Source: Gemmatimonadaceae bacterium
GTDB taxonomy: Bacteria; Gemmatimonadota; Gemmatimonadetes; Gemmatimonadales; Gemmatimonadaceae
Reading direction: 5' to 3'
DNA: 64,000 bases
NCBI GenBank assembly: GCA_033763905.1
Contig: JANRJP010000037.1
Coordinates: 94,737-158,736, forward strand
The position numbers were made by a program, and so were the translations under genes. The first letter of the stretch is position 1; the number at the start of each line of letters is the position of its first letter. A model generated the notes under the pieces. It did not search any database and was not told where the DNA came from. It saw only the letters and a program-made list of their open reading frames with translations. Shown here in pieces: positions 50,883 through 63,295 of this stretch.

Positions 50883-50924
50883 ACCCGCCGATGGACCCGT
50901 GCGGCCGATCGGCCGCGACGCGCG

Positions 50925-53432
<2,508 letters not shown>

Positions 53433-53457
53433 TCCACGCGCCTCGGCTTAAAAGCCT

Positions 53458-54543
53458 TCAACCCCGCACGGACTCCTCGGCCAGTAGCTGTCGCACGTAC
53501 CGTGCCCGCGCTTGATTCGCCTCCCCATCGGTCAGGGTGCGACCATCCGCCCGGGCCAGATGCGCAGTCTGGCTAAAGATCAGGAGCTTGTTGAGCGTGT
53601 ATACACTCAGCCCGTCGATCAGGTTCAGCCCGACCGCAAGCCGTACACCGCTTAGGTAATTCATCGTCTCATCGAAAGAAAGGCTCCGGGCGTAGCGAAG
53701 AGTTCCATACGCCCGCCACAGCTTGTCCTCGATGATGTACCCCGCCTGGCGGACCAGCACCCGGCGGGCTTCCTGCTCCTGCTCAATCACATATCTGACC
53801 ATCTTTTCGAGATGGTCAATCAGGTCTTCCTCGCTCTTTCCCAGCGTCGTCTGGTTCGAAATCTGGAAAAAGTTGCCGAGGACCTCGGACCCCTCACCGT
53901 ACAGCCCCCGGTAGGTCAGACCGACTTGCTGCAATCCTGCCAAGACCCGCTGGATTTCCTTGGTCAGGACCAGACCGGGCAGGTGGATAAGCACCGAGGC
54001 CCGCATCCCGGTCCCCGTGTTGGTCGGACACGCGGTGAGAAACCCGAACTGGTCGTGCCAGGCGTACGGCAGGACCTCCCCAAGCTCCCGGTCCAGCCGA
54101 TCCAGGGCCGCGTAGGCGGCATCCACCGCAAACCCCGAGCGGAGGGTCTGGAGGCGCAGGTGATCCTCCTCGTTGACCATTACCGAGGCATCGTGGTTGC
54201 CCAGCACGAGGGCGGCACCGGTGCGCACCGGCTGCGTGGCCTCCAAGCCGGCCAATTCCTTGCTGACCACGTGCCGTTCGTGGAGCAGCTGGCGGTCCGT
54301 GGGCGCGAGTTCATCGACCCGGAGGACGACCGCGTCGTGCAGGGCGTCCACCTGCGGGACCGCCTCGCGGACCTGGGCCAGGATGCGCAGCCGCTCGCCG
54401 TCGCGCGACCGACCGGTGAACGCGTAGCCCTGAATGTTCCGCGCCAGCCGGATGCGCGTCGACAGCACGATGTCCGCGTGTGCCCCGGAGGCATCGAGCC
54501 AGCCCAGGCCGCCATCGGGGAGCAACGACAGGTCGAGGGTCAT
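53458..54543 (-). CDS. mcsB: Protein arginine kinase McsB
   Basis: STRIRLARN, VNEEDHLR, ACPTN.GTG.RAS, RGLYGEGS, QISNQTTLG. Confidence 0.95.
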   Translation of the reverse strand: MTLDLSLLPDGGLGWLDASGAHADIVLSTRIRLARNIQGYAFTGRSRDGERLRILAQVREAVPQVDALHDAVVLRVDELAPTDRQLLHERHVVSKELAGLEATQPVRTGAALVLGNHDASVMVNEEDHLRLQTLRSGFAVDAAYAALDRLDRELGEVLPYAWHDQFGFLTACPTNTGTGMRASVLIHLPGLVLTKEIQRVLAGLQQVGLTYRGLYGEGSEVLGNFFQISNQTTLGKSEEDLIDHLEKMVRYVIEQEQEARRVLVRQAGYIIEDKLWRAYGTLRYARSLSFDETMNYLSGVRLAVGLNLIDGLSVYTLNKLLIFSQTAHLARADGRTLTDGEANQARARYVRQLLAEESVRG

Positions 54544-55025
54544 TCCATCCCCCGGATTTGGTCGCGGAGCGCCGCGGCCTTCTCGAACTGCTCGGCGTCG
54601 ATCGCCCGCTTGAGGGCCTCCCGGAGCTCCAATAGCGAATTGGCCCGCTGGCGCCCTTCCGGCCGCGGCGGCACATACCGTCGCCCCGCGTGTGTGAAGT
54701 CGCCGTGCACGCGCTTGAGCAGGTCGCGCAGCGGCACGTCGAACGCGCCGTAGCAGGCGGCGCACCCCAGCCGCCCCGACGCGCGGAACTCCTTCAGCGT
54801 CAGTCCACAGGTCGCGCAGGTCGTCCCATCGCGCACCGGACCCGGCTGCGCCTGCTGAGCGGCCTTGATCAGCGCGCCAAGCGGCGTCGTCGGTAGCGCG
54901 ACCGTGGTTTCGACCCCCTTCTCGGCCGCACACTTCTCGCACAGGTGGACCTGCGTCACCGCGTTGTCCACGATGGACGTCAGGTGCACGACGGCGTCGC
55001 GCTCTCGGCAGTTATCGCACAGCAT
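54540..55025 (-). CDS. mcsA: McsA (CxxC zinc sites plus UVR domain)
   Basis: MLCDNC, HLCEKCA, CATCG, GRLGCAACY, EQFEKAAALRDQI. Confidence 0.92.
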   Translation of the reverse strand: MLCDNCRERDAVVHLTSIVDNAVTQVHLCEKCAAEKGVETTVALPTTPLGALIKAAQQAQPGPVRDGTTCATCGLTLKEFRASGRLGCAACYGAFDVPLRDLLKRVHGDFTHAGRRYVPPRPEGRQRANSLLELREALKRAIDAEQFEKAAALRDQIRGME

Positions 55026-55758
55026 CTGGCATCATTCCGGTTGCTTCATCTGAACCCCGCAGCGTGCCGTCGGCAAGGTGCAGGATCCGGTCCGCCCGGG
55101 CGGCAAGCGACGCATTGTGCGTCACCACCACCGTCGCGGTCTGTTCGTCCCGAGCCACCCGGCTCAGGAGGTCGTGCAGCGCTTCGGCGTTCTGCGCGTC
55201 GAGGTTGCCCGAGGGCTCGTCGGCCAGCAACACTGCGGGCCGCATCGCCAGCGCCCGCGCGACCGCAGTCCGTTGCTGCTCGCCGCCAGACAGTTCCGAC
55301 GGCCGGTGATGCAGGCGCGCCGACAAACCGACCAGCGCCAGCAATTCCTCCGCCCGAGTCCGCGCCGCCCGCGGCGCCACGCCGCCGATGCGCATCGGCA
55401 TCATCACGTTCTCGAGTGCCGAAAACTCGCGAAGGAGATGATGAAATTGAAAGACAAATCCGACCGTGGTGTTCCGAAGCTCCGTCAGCTCCGGATCGCT
55501 GAGCCCGCCCAGGGACGCCCCGGCGATCGCGACCCCGCCGCTCGTCGGCCGGTCGAGGGCGCCCAAGACGTGCAGCAAGGTGCTCTTGCCGGACCCACTG
55601 GCCCCCACGATGGCGACCATTTCACCCCGGCGCACTTGCAACGACACGTCCGCGAGGACGGTGAGCACCGCGCCCGAGTTGTCCACATACGAGCGCGTCA
55701 CGCCGGTCGCGTCGAGCACGACCGGGGCGCTGGCCAAGGCATCGGTCGGCGTGCTCAT
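55012..55758 (-). CDS. lolD: Lipoprotein-releasing ABC ATPase LolD
   Basis: GASGSGKST, GFVFQFHHLL, LSGGEQQR, DEPSGNLD, VTHN. Confidence 0.92.
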   Translation of the reverse strand: MSTPTDALASAPVVLDATGVTRSYVDNSGAVLTVLADVSLQVRRGEMVAIVGASGSGKSTLLHVLGALDRPTSGGVAIAGASLGGLSDPELTELRNTTVGFVFQFHHLLREFSALENVMMPMRIGGVAPRAARTRAEELLALVGLSARLHHRPSELSGGEQQRTAVARALAMRPAVLLADEPSGNLDAQNAEALHDLLSRVARDEQTATVVVTHNASLAARADRILHLADGTLRGSDEATGMMPDAVR

Positions 55759-57014
55759 TCGTGCCGGATCGCCTCGACCGGGGTGAGCTGAGCCGCCGAG
55801 CGGGCCGGCCAGATCGTCGCGATCCCGGCAATGGCCAGACTCGCGGCGCCGGCCACGACGACATCGAGCCATTCGGTGCGCACCGGCAAGTGGTCGATGA
55901 AATACACTGACGGATCGAGCGCGATGAGCTTGAATCGGTCCACGGCGAACGAGGCGCCAAGCCCCAGCGCGAGTCCGAGCCCCGTCCCGAACGCGCCGAT
56001 CATCACGCCCTGCCACACGAAGACCTGCCGAACGGCGGCCGCCTGAAGCCCCATCGCACGCAAAATGCCGATCTCGCGCGTCTTGTCGGCCACGACCATC
56101 GTGAGGGTACTCACGATGTTGAACGCGGCGACCAGCACGATCAGCAGCAGGATCACGGTCATCCCGAGCTTTTCGAGCTTGAGCGCCTGGAACAGCGACC
56201 GGTTCTGCTCCTGCCAATCCACCGTGCGGAACGGATACCCCAGACTGTCCGCCAACCCGCGCGCGACAACCGGCGCGCGCCAGCGATCGATCGTGCGCGC
56301 CTCGATGCCCGTCACCGCGTCGCCCAAGCCGGCGAACCGCTGTGCCTCGGGCATCGACAGATACACATACGAGTTGTCGTACTCGTACATCCCCGTCCCG
56401 AAGATGCCGGTGACTTCGTAGCGGTACGTCTGCGGAATGAATGTCCCGAGCGTGGGACTCATCGCCGCCCCGGCGAAGGCCACCAGTCGGATGCTGTCCC
56501 CCGGAAACACGTTCAGCCGCTGCGCCAGCAGTCGGCCCAGCACCGCCCCCCGCAGCGTGCCGCTCGCCGTCGTGAACGAGAAGTCGCCCGAGATGGCGTG
56601 GGTGCGGATCGGCGTGACCGCTTCGCCCTTGGCCGGCTTGGCCAGCCCATACACGTACACGCCCTCGGCGTAGCCGCTGGAGGCGCTGATCCCGCCCTGC
56701 GTGATCACGAACGGTGCCGCCGCGACCACGCCGGGAAAGCGCTCGACCTTCGCCAGCGTCTCGCCCCAGTTGTCGATCGTCAGCGATTCTCCGTACGTCA
56801 GCACGCGCACATCAGGCGACCCGACGAGAATCTTCTCGCGCAGGTCCGTCTGCAGCCCGTTCATCACGCCCATAATGAGCACGATCGCCGCGACGCCCAC
56901 GACGACGCCGCCGATCGCGATCGCCGAGATCAGCGAAACCGAGCGTGATCCGCGGCGGCTGCGCAGATAGCGCCGCGCCAGATCCCATTCGAGTCGCGCC
57001 GTGGTGCGCGCCAT
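55755..57014 (-). CDS. lolE: Lipoprotein-releasing ABC permease LolC/E
   Basis: RYLRSRR...IS.IAIGG..VGV, VMNG, VAAFNIVSTL.M.V..K..EIGILRAMG. Confidence 0.88.
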   Translation of the reverse strand: MARTTARLEWDLARRYLRSRRGSRSVSLISAIAIGGVVVGVAAIVLIMGVMNGLQTDLREKILVGSPDVRVLTYGESLTIDNWGETLAKVERFPGVVAAAPFVITQGGISASSGYAEGVYVYGLAKPAKGEAVTPIRTHAISGDFSFTTASGTLRGAVLGRLLAQRLNVFPGDSIRLVAFAGAAMSPTLGTFIPQTYRYEVTGIFGTGMYEYDNSYVYLSMPEAQRFAGLGDAVTGIEARTIDRWRAPVVARGLADSLGYPFRTVDWQEQNRSLFQALKLEKLGMTVILLLIVLVAAFNIVSTLTMVVADKTREIGILRAMGLQAAAVRQVFVWQGVMIGAFGTGLGLALGLGASFAVDRFKLIALDPSVYFIDHLPVRTEWLDVVVAGAASLAIAGIATIWPARSAAQLTPVEAIRHE

Positions 57015-57019
57015 CGGAC

Positions 57020-58534
57020 CTACTGCTCCGGCCGAAGCGCAGGGAACAGAATGACGTCGCGGATGTGCGCGGTTTCCGACAGGAACATGAAGAGTCGGTC
57101 GAGACCGATTCCCACGCCGCCCATCGGCGGCATCCCGTACTCCATCGCGCGCAGGTAATCCTCATCGACGCCCGACGCCTCTTCGTCGCCGGCATCGCGG
57201 AGCGCACTCTGCGCCTCGAGACGTCGCCGCTGATCAACCGGGTCGTTGAGCTCGCTGAAGGCGTTGGCCAGCTCGGTGCCGCGCGCGAAGAGCTCGAAAC
57301 GCTCCGTCAGTCGCGGGTTGCCGCGCTTGGGCTTCGCCAAGGGCGACAGCTCGAGCGGATAGTCGAGGACGAACGTGGGCCGCTCGAGCGTCTTCTCGAC
57401 GTGCGCACCAAAGAGCTCGTCGAGCAGCTTGGGCCGGCTCATCGCGTCGACCCCCGCGATGTTTGCCCGCTTGGCGTGCGCCTTGAGTTCGTCGTTGGAG
57501 AGCGCGAGCACATCGGAGACCCCCAACCGCGCCGACAACGTCGGCGCCCACTCGATCCGCGCGAACGGCGGCGCGAGGAAATCCCCCGACAACGTGCCGT
57601 TCTCGGCCGCCAAGGGCCCGAGCGCCGAGCGCACGGCGTCGGCCGCCCGCACGATGAGCGACTCGACGATGCCCATCATCACGGTGTAGTCGGCGTACGC
57701 GTGATAGAACTCCAGCATCGTGAACTCGGGATTGTGCGTCCGATCGATGCCCTCGTTCCGGAAGTCGTGGCCAATCTCGTACACGCGTTCGAAGCCGCCG
57801 ACGACCAGCCGCTTGAGGTACAGCTCGTCGGCAATGCGTAGATACAGCGTTTGGTCCAGCGCGTTGTGATGCGTCGTGAAGGGCTTGGCCATCGCGCCGC
57901 CGTACTGCGGCTGCAGCACCGGCGTTTCGACTTCGAGGTACTCGAGACCGTCGAGGTAGCCGCGAATCGCCGAGACCATTCGCGAGCGCGCGGCGAAGTG
58001 GCGACGCACCTCCGGGTGCACCGCGAGATCGGCGTAGCGCTGCCGCGAGCGCTGCTCGCCGTCTTCGAGCGCCCCGTGGCGCACGGTCTTTCCGTCGACG
58101 ATCTCCTCCTTGCCGAACGGCAGGGGCCGCAGTGACTTGGCGAGCAGGATGACCTCGGTCGCCTGGATCGTCGTCTCGCCGGTGCGCGTACGCATCAGCG
58201 TGCCGGCGACACCCACGACATCGCCGATGTCCAACAGCTCGATCAGCGTCCACGCCGCGCCGAGATCATCCTTCCGGAAGTAGCACTGAATCCGCCCGGT
58301 GTCGTCGGCGACGTGCGCGAACGCCGTCTTGCCGTGCCCGCGCCAATTGATGAGGCGACCCGCCACGCGCACCGCGGGACCGGTGGCCTCGCCCTCGGCC
58401 AGCGACGCCAACGCGTCGCGGGTGTAGTGGGTGCGGTCGTAGCCGTAGGCGAACGGCGCAAGGCCCGCCGCCTCGAGCGCGCCGAGCTTCTCGCGGCGCG
58501 CCTGCATCACGAAGTTCAGATCATCACCGCTCAC
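57020..58534 (-). CDS. lysS: Lysine-tRNA ligase (class II)
   Basis: RQRYADL, EVETP, GGA.AKPF.THHNAL, FRNEGID..HNPEFT, YGMPP.GG.GIG.DR. Confidence 0.97.
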   Translation of the reverse strand: MSGDDLNFVMQARREKLGALEAAGLAPFAYGYDRTHYTRDALASLAEGEATGPAVRVAGRLINWRGHGKTAFAHVADDTGRIQCYFRKDDLGAAWTLIELLDIGDVVGVAGTLMRTRTGETTIQATEVILLAKSLRPLPFGKEEIVDGKTVRHGALEDGEQRSRQRYADLAVHPEVRRHFAARSRMVSAIRGYLDGLEYLEVETPVLQPQYGGAMAKPFTTHHNALDQTLYLRIADELYLKRLVVGGFERVYEIGHDFRNEGIDRTHNPEFTMLEFYHAYADYTVMMGIVESLIVRAADAVRSALGPLAAENGTLSGDFLAPPFARIEWAPTLSARLGVSDVLALSNDELKAHAKRANIAGVDAMSRPKLLDELFGAHVEKTLERPTFVLDYPLELSPLAKPKRGNPRLTERFELFARGTELANAFSELNDPVDQRRRLEAQSALRDAGDEEASGVDEDYLRAMEYGMPPMGGVGIGLDRLFMFLSETAHIRDVILFPALRPEQ

Positions 58535-59638
58535 GCGGGCTGCCCCATCTGCTTGAGATACGCTTCGATGAACGGGTCGATCGCCCCGTCCAGCACCTTT
58601 TGTACGTCGGTGATCTTGGTTTCGGTCCGATGGTCGTTCGCCATCGTGTACGGCTGCATCACGTAGCTCCGAATCTGCGAACCGAAGCTCACATCCTGCT
58701 TGGTCGAATCCAGCGCCGCCTTCGCCGCCGCCTGCTTCTCGAGCTCGATGTTGTACAGCTTGTTCTTCAGCTGCTTCATCGCGTGCTCCTTGTTCTTGTG
58801 CTGCGAGCGCTGCTGCTGGCACGACACCACGATGCCGGTCGGGATGTGCGTCAGGCGCACTGCCGATGACGTCTTGTTGACGTGCTGCCCGCCCGCCCCC
58901 GAGGCGCGGAACACGTCCATCTTGATGTCTTCGTCGCGGATCTCGATGTTGATCTCGTCGTTTACGACGGGATACACGAACACCGACGCGAAGCTCGTGT
59001 GGCGGCGCGCCTGCGAATCGTAGGGCGAGATGCGCACCAGCCGGTGCACGCCCGTTTCCGGGCGAAGGAAGCCGAACGCCGACGGGCCACGGATTTCGAG
59101 CACCGCGCCCTTGATCCCCGCCTCTTCGCCCTCGGACAGGTCGAGAATGTCCACCGTGTAGCCGCGACGTTCCGCCCAGCGGGTGTACATCCGCATCAGA
59201 ATCTGCGCCCAGTCCTGGGCCTCGGTGCCACCGGCGCCAGCCGAGATTTCGACCTGCGCATCGCGGAAGTCATCCGGCCCCTGCAGCAGCGAACGAATCT
59301 CGAAGTCGGCCGTTTCCTGCGCGATCGCCTCCGCTTCGCGCTGCGCGTCGGCGAGCATCGACTCGTCGGGCTCGACCGCCATCAGCTCTTCGAGCTCGCG
59401 TGCGTCCTGGGTGCGACGCACGAGTGCGTCGTAGGGATCGACCCAGTTCTTGAGCGTTTTGACTTCCTGCACCGTCGCCTGCGCGGCGGTGGAGTCGTTC
59501 CAGAAGGCGGGGTCAGCCATCCGCCCCTCGAGTTCGCTCAGGCGCGATCGCTTGGCGTCGAGGTCAAAGGAACCTCCGCAGCTCGATCAGCTTGTCGTGC
59601 GCGGTGGTGAGCAGCTGTTCACGGGACGTGTCGGACAT
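58531..59638 (-). CDS. prfB: Peptide chain release factor 2, with +1 programmed frameshift after codon 24
   Basis: ORF1 MSDTSREQLLTTAHDKLIELRRFL* (59638-59564) then +1 frame DLDAKRSRLSELEGRMADPAFW; GAGGQHVN; SPY at the SPF position. Confidence 0.96.
59563..59577 (-). promoter_or_regulatory. prfB +1 frameshift cassette
   Basis: Minus strand GGAGG TTC CTT TGA C: internal SD, CTT slippery codon and UGA-C. Confidence 0.95.
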
Positions 59639-59729
59639 CGTCAGGCTCGGAGCCAAGTCGCACACGGGCCGCTCCTGCCGGTTGCAGGGCGGCCCGCGTA
59701 TGCGTGCAATCTAGCCGATCTCCGGGGCC

Positions 59730-59785
59730 GATGGCACCGTGCGGAGGGCGCTGTGCCGAGGGCGCTACGCCGACGGCACCGCGCG
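59730..59785. repeat. Four degenerate tandem 14-mers (GAnGGCRCYRYGCS)
   Basis: gatggcaccgtgcg / gagggcgctgtgcc / gagggcgctacgcc / gacggcaccgcgcg, intergenic. Confidence 0.55.
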
Positions 59786-59813
59786 TCATCGACGGGCGGA
59801 CGCCCCCGCGACG

Positions 59814-61046
59814 TCAGAACACCTTCTGCCCGTTCGCCAGAATCTCGTTCAGCGCGTCGTTGAAGTGCGTCGTGCTCTCGGCGAATTCCTTGCCGAGCTG
59901 ATCGACGTACTCCTCGTAGCTCTTCTTGATTTCCTCGTCGAAGAGCTGTCGTAGCGTCCCGTTCTTGAGGCCTTCCTCGCGCCGCTGCGGGTGGTACACC
60001 ACGAGATCCGAGATCAGCGCGCGCGCGAGCCGCTTCGCCTTGGCGTTCGGATCGTTCGCCAAGAACGGATTGATCGGCCGCTTGCCTTCCGCGGGTGTGG
60101 CCGCTGCAGGCCTCGCCGGCGCTGCCGGCGGCGCCGGCGGAGTGACTGCGGCAGGCGGCGACGGCGGCATTGCGGGCGGCATCGCCGGCGGCATTGCGGG
60201 CGGCATCGCCGGCGGCATTGCGGGCGGCATCGCCGGCGGCATCGCCGGCGGCATCGCCGGCGGCATCGCCGGGGCGACGGCCGACGGCCGCGGCGGCAGC
60301 GCGGGGGGTGGCGTCAGCGGGGGCATCGGCGCCGCCGCTGAGGGCCGAGGCGGCGCACCACCGACCGACGGCATCGGCGGGAGCGGCGGCAGCGCGGACG
60401 ACGGCCGAGGCGGCAACGGAGCCGGCGTCGCCGACGGCCGCGGCGGCATCGGCGCTGCCGGCGGCAGCGGCGGCAACGGCGCGATCGACGGACGCGCCGG
60501 CGGCATCGTGCCCGCAAGTGGCGGCGGCGCGGGCGGCGCGGGCGGCACCTGGATCATTGGCGCGGCCGCCGGCGTCGGGATCGCAGGAGCAGCGACTGGC
60601 GTCGGGATCGCGGGCGTGAGCACCGGCGTCGGCGCGAGTGGCGGCGAGGGTGCGGCCGTCTCGAAGCCGCCAGACACCGTCGCCGGTACAATCGCAGCGG
60701 GAGGCTCGATGCCGGCGAAGCCGCCACTGAAACGCGGCTCTTCCCGCGGCGGGACTACGGCGGCAGGCACGCTCGGCGTCGGTGCCTCGATTGGTGCGGG
60801 GGCCGGCGGGGGCGCCACCATCGTGTCGGCCACCGGCTCGGCGACGGCAACCGCCGAGCCCGCCGACGCCGCCGCAGCGCCGAACAACGGTTCGGCCGAG
60901 CGCGCGAAGTCCGCGTTCTCGGGGCCATCCGCGCGCACGGCGATCACGCCACCGCACACCGCGCATCGCGCACGCACACCGCCGGACGGGACTTTGGCGG
61001 GATCAACCCGGAAAACCGACCGGCACTCCTGACACGTGACGTTCAC
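59814..61046 (-). CDS. MJ0042-type zinc-ribbon protein with Pro-rich linker and helical C-terminal domain
   Basis: MNVTCQECRSVFRV...VRARCAVCG; long Pro/Ala linker; ordered C-terminus AKRLARALISDLVVY...FNDALNEILA. Confidence 0.8.
   Translation of the reverse strand: MNVTCQECRSVFRVDPAKVPSGGVRARCAVCGGVIAVRADGPENADFARSAEPLFGAAAASAGSAVAVAEPVADTMVAPPPAPAPIEAPTPSVPAAVVPPREEPRFSGGFAGIEPPAAIVPATVSGGFETAAPSPPLAPTPVLTPAIPTPVAAPAIPTPAAAPMIQVPPAPPAPPPLAGTMPPARPSIAPLPPLPPAAPMPPRPSATPAPLPPRPSSALPPLPPMPSVGGAPPRPSAAAPMPPLTPPPALPPRPSAVAPAMPPAMPPAMPPAMPPAMPPAMPPAMPPAMPPAMPPSPPAAVTPPAPPAAPARPAAATPAEGKRPINPFLANDPNAKAKRLARALISDLVVYHPQRREEGLKNGTLRQLFDEEIKKSYEEYVDQLGKEFAESTTHFNDALNEILANGQKVF
60163..60270. repeat. 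Coding 12-bp tandem repeat x9 encoding (AMPP)9
   Basis: Units A=ggcggcattgcg and B=ggcggcatcgcc in order ABABABBBB. Confidence 0.92.
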
Positions 61047-62038
61047 TTGGATTCTCCGTACGGCATTCCGCCCGACGGGGTATTGCGAGGACCGACCTCG
61101 GCGCCGAGATCCTGACGCCGGTCGAAGGTGTAGACGGACCCGGGGAGCGTCTTGGCGTAGCTCTTCATTTCCGTCGCGAGTTCCGAGACCTGCGCCGCGT
61201 GTGTGAAATGGCGGCGCTCGTTGGTCACCACGCCGATCGACACCGTCATCAGCGGGACGCGGTGCAGTTGGCCGCGGCGATCCTTGCCGAAGAAGTAGCC
61301 GGCGCGCCGGTCCTGCTCGGAATACTGGAACGGCACGAGCGTATCGAACACTTCGATGATCTCGCGGCAGACGGGGCGCACGCCGTCGAGTGGCACGATG
61401 AAGATGAAGTCGTCACCGCCGATGTGCCCGACGAAGCCCTGCTCGCCGCAGAGTCCCTTCACGCAATCGTGGAGAATGCGCGCGAGAATCCGAATGACGC
61501 GATCGCCATCGTAGTAGCTGTAGCGATCGTTGAACTCCTTGAAGTGATCGAGGTCCGCGTAGCAGACGCCGAACAGCTCGCCCGCCGCGAGGCGGCGGCC
61601 GATGTTCGCTTCGATCTCGTGCGAGCCGGGCAATCGCGTACTCGGGTGTACGACGGTATCGCGATCCGAACGACGCAGCAGCACATCCAGGCGCAGTTGT
61701 GCCTCGGCCGCCGACGTGGTGGCGCGCAGCACTTCGTCGGCGCCGGCATCGAACGCGGCGGCGAACGCGGTATCGTCATCGCGCGTCACCACCACGACCG
61801 GCACGATCCCCGTGTAGGAATCCGCCTTGATCCGCGCCACCCCCTTGAGCGCCGCGACCGGATGCGTGCGCGCGTCGAGCATCACCACCCGCGGTCGGCC
61901 GCGCAGCGCGACGGACATCAACTCATCCGCCGTCGACAGGGTGATCGACGCCCAGCCGTGACGATCCACCCATTCCCGAAACAGATCAGGCAGTGCCTGA
62001 CCGTCCGGGCAGAAGAAAATGGCGGGTGAAGTAGGCAC
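61043..62038 (-). CDS. Degenerate receiver plus GGDEF-domain protein
   Basis: REC-like N-terminus lacking the acidic pocket pattern; YADLDHFKEFNDRY...GD, FVGHIGGDDF, TVSIG. Confidence 0.85.
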   Translation of the reverse strand: MPTSPAIFFCPDGQALPDLFREWVDRHGWASITLSTADELMSVALRGRPRVVMLDARTHPVAALKGVARIKADSYTGIVPVVVVTRDDDTAFAAAFDAGADEVLRATTSAAEAQLRLDVLLRRSDRDTVVHPSTRLPGSHEIEANIGRRLAAGELFGVCYADLDHFKEFNDRYSYYDGDRVIRILARILHDCVKGLCGEQGFVGHIGGDDFIFIVPLDGVRPVCREIIEVFDTLVPFQYSEQDRRAGYFFGKDRRGQLHRVPLMTVSIGVVTNERRHFTHAAQVSELATEMKSYAKTLPGSVYTFDRRQDLGAEVGPRNTPSGGMPYGESK

Positions 62039-62064
62039 GCAGCGCAGCGAGAGGGTGAATGCCG

Positions 62065-62094
62065 AACATACCGGCAGGGGATGCGTTCGGTCAA
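62065..62094 (-). promoter_or_regulatory. Putative sigma70-type promoter of the GGDEF/zinc-ribbon pair
   Basis: Minus strand TTGACC-N18-TATGTT, 26 nt before the start at 62038. Confidence 0.55.
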
Positions 62095-62177
62095 ACCGTC
62101 CGCTTCATCAGCCGGCTCATTGGAAAGGACGCGTGGCGTCCGTCCCGGTCACGCTGGACGCGATTCCGCGCCCAGCG

Positions 62178-62396
62178 TCAGGGCTCACGTGGCTCCGCGT
62201 TGCCGATCTCTCCCGAGGGATCCCGACCCGCTTCCAGTGGCAGTGCCTCGTCAGCAAGCAAAATCGGAATCCCGTTCCGGATGGGATATCGCACCGCACA
62301 TACTCGGCACTCCAACGCCGACGCCTCCGGCCGTTCCGTCATCGAGGATCGGCAGGTCGGGCACACTAGTATCGCCAGCAGGTCGGGAGCAATCAT
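62178..62396 (-). CDS. Trm112 family protein
   Basis: LLAILVCPTCR...LECRVC..RYPIRNGIPILL.DEA. Confidence 0.88.
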   Translation of the reverse strand: MIAPDLLAILVCPTCRSSMTERPEASALECRVCAVRYPIRNGIPILLADEALPLEAGRDPSGEIGNAEPREP

Positions 62397-63274
62397 CGAC
62401 GGTCGGGTGGTTGCGGCGCACGATAACCGAACCGGGCCATCGCATCCACCGACTTGCGCCAATTCTTGGTGACTTTGACCCACAGATCGAGATACACCGG
62501 TCCGCCAATCAATGGTTCGAGTCGCTTGCGCGCCGCGGTTCCGATCGCCTTGATGCGATCCCCATTGGCGCCGAGCAGAATGCCCTTCTGGCTGTCACGT
62601 TCGACGTGAATGGTGGCCCGAATGAGCACGGGGGTCTGCGATTCCTTGAACTCTTCGATCACGCAGGCCACGGCGTAGGGCACTTCATCATCGAGCTGCT
62701 CGAGCGCAACCTCGCGAATGAGCTCGGAGGCAAAGAACCGCATCGATTGCGTCGAGAGCTCTTCGTCGGGATACAGGAACGGATGCTCGGGCAGCCGATC
62801 GGCGATGGCGGCCAGGAGCGGCTCGAGCCCTGCCCCGCTTTTGGCGGACACGACGAAATCCACGTGCGGCTCGAGCATCAGGCGCTGCTCGCGCGTGAGG
62901 CGGTCGCCTTTGCTGAGCACCGTGACGACGGGGGCAGCGATATGGGCCCCGAGCTCGGGCACCAGCGACGCGAGGGCCGGCGGTTGTCCGTCGCCGGCAT
63001 CGGCGAGATAGAGGATGACGTCGGCTTCCTTGAGGGCGGCGATGGCGACCGCCCGCATCACCTGGTGGAGCTCATACTCGGGATCGAGGAGCCCAGGCGT
63101 ATCGAGGAAGACGAACTGCCGCTGGTCGTCGGATCGGATGCCGACGACGCGATCGCGGGTGGACTGCGGTTTGGGGCTGGTGATGGCGAGGCGTTCGCCG
63201 ACGAGCCGGTTGAGGAGGGTGGACTTGCCGGCGTTTGGTTTACCGACGATGGCGACGAAGCCGGCTTTGGGCAT
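62393..63274 (-). CDS. era: GTPase Era
   Basis: GFVAIVGKPNAGKSTL.N, KPQSTR, DTPG, ELIRE, ERDSQKGI, LWVKV. Confidence 0.96.
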   Translation of the reverse strand: MPKAGFVAIVGKPNAGKSTLLNRLVGERLAITSPKPQSTRDRVVGIRSDDQRQFVFLDTPGLLDPEYELHQVMRAVAIAALKEADVILYLADAGDGQPPALASLVPELGAHIAAPVVTVLSKGDRLTREQRLMLEPHVDFVVSAKSGAGLEPLLAAIADRLPEHPFLYPDEELSTQSMRFFASELIREVALEQLDDEVPYAVACVIEEFKESQTPVLIRATIHVERDSQKGILLGANGDRIKAIGTAARKRLEPLIGGPVYLDLWVKVTKNWRKSVDAMARFGYRAPQPPDRR

Positions 63275-63295
63275 AGGGGGAAGGTAAGGAACGAA

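Noticed and set aside
58531..59638. prfB as a pseudogene
   Set aside because: The internal TGA sits in the canonical programmed frameshift cassette.
60163..60270. CRISPR-like array
   Set aside because: Contiguous 12-bp coding repeats without spacers; no cas genes.
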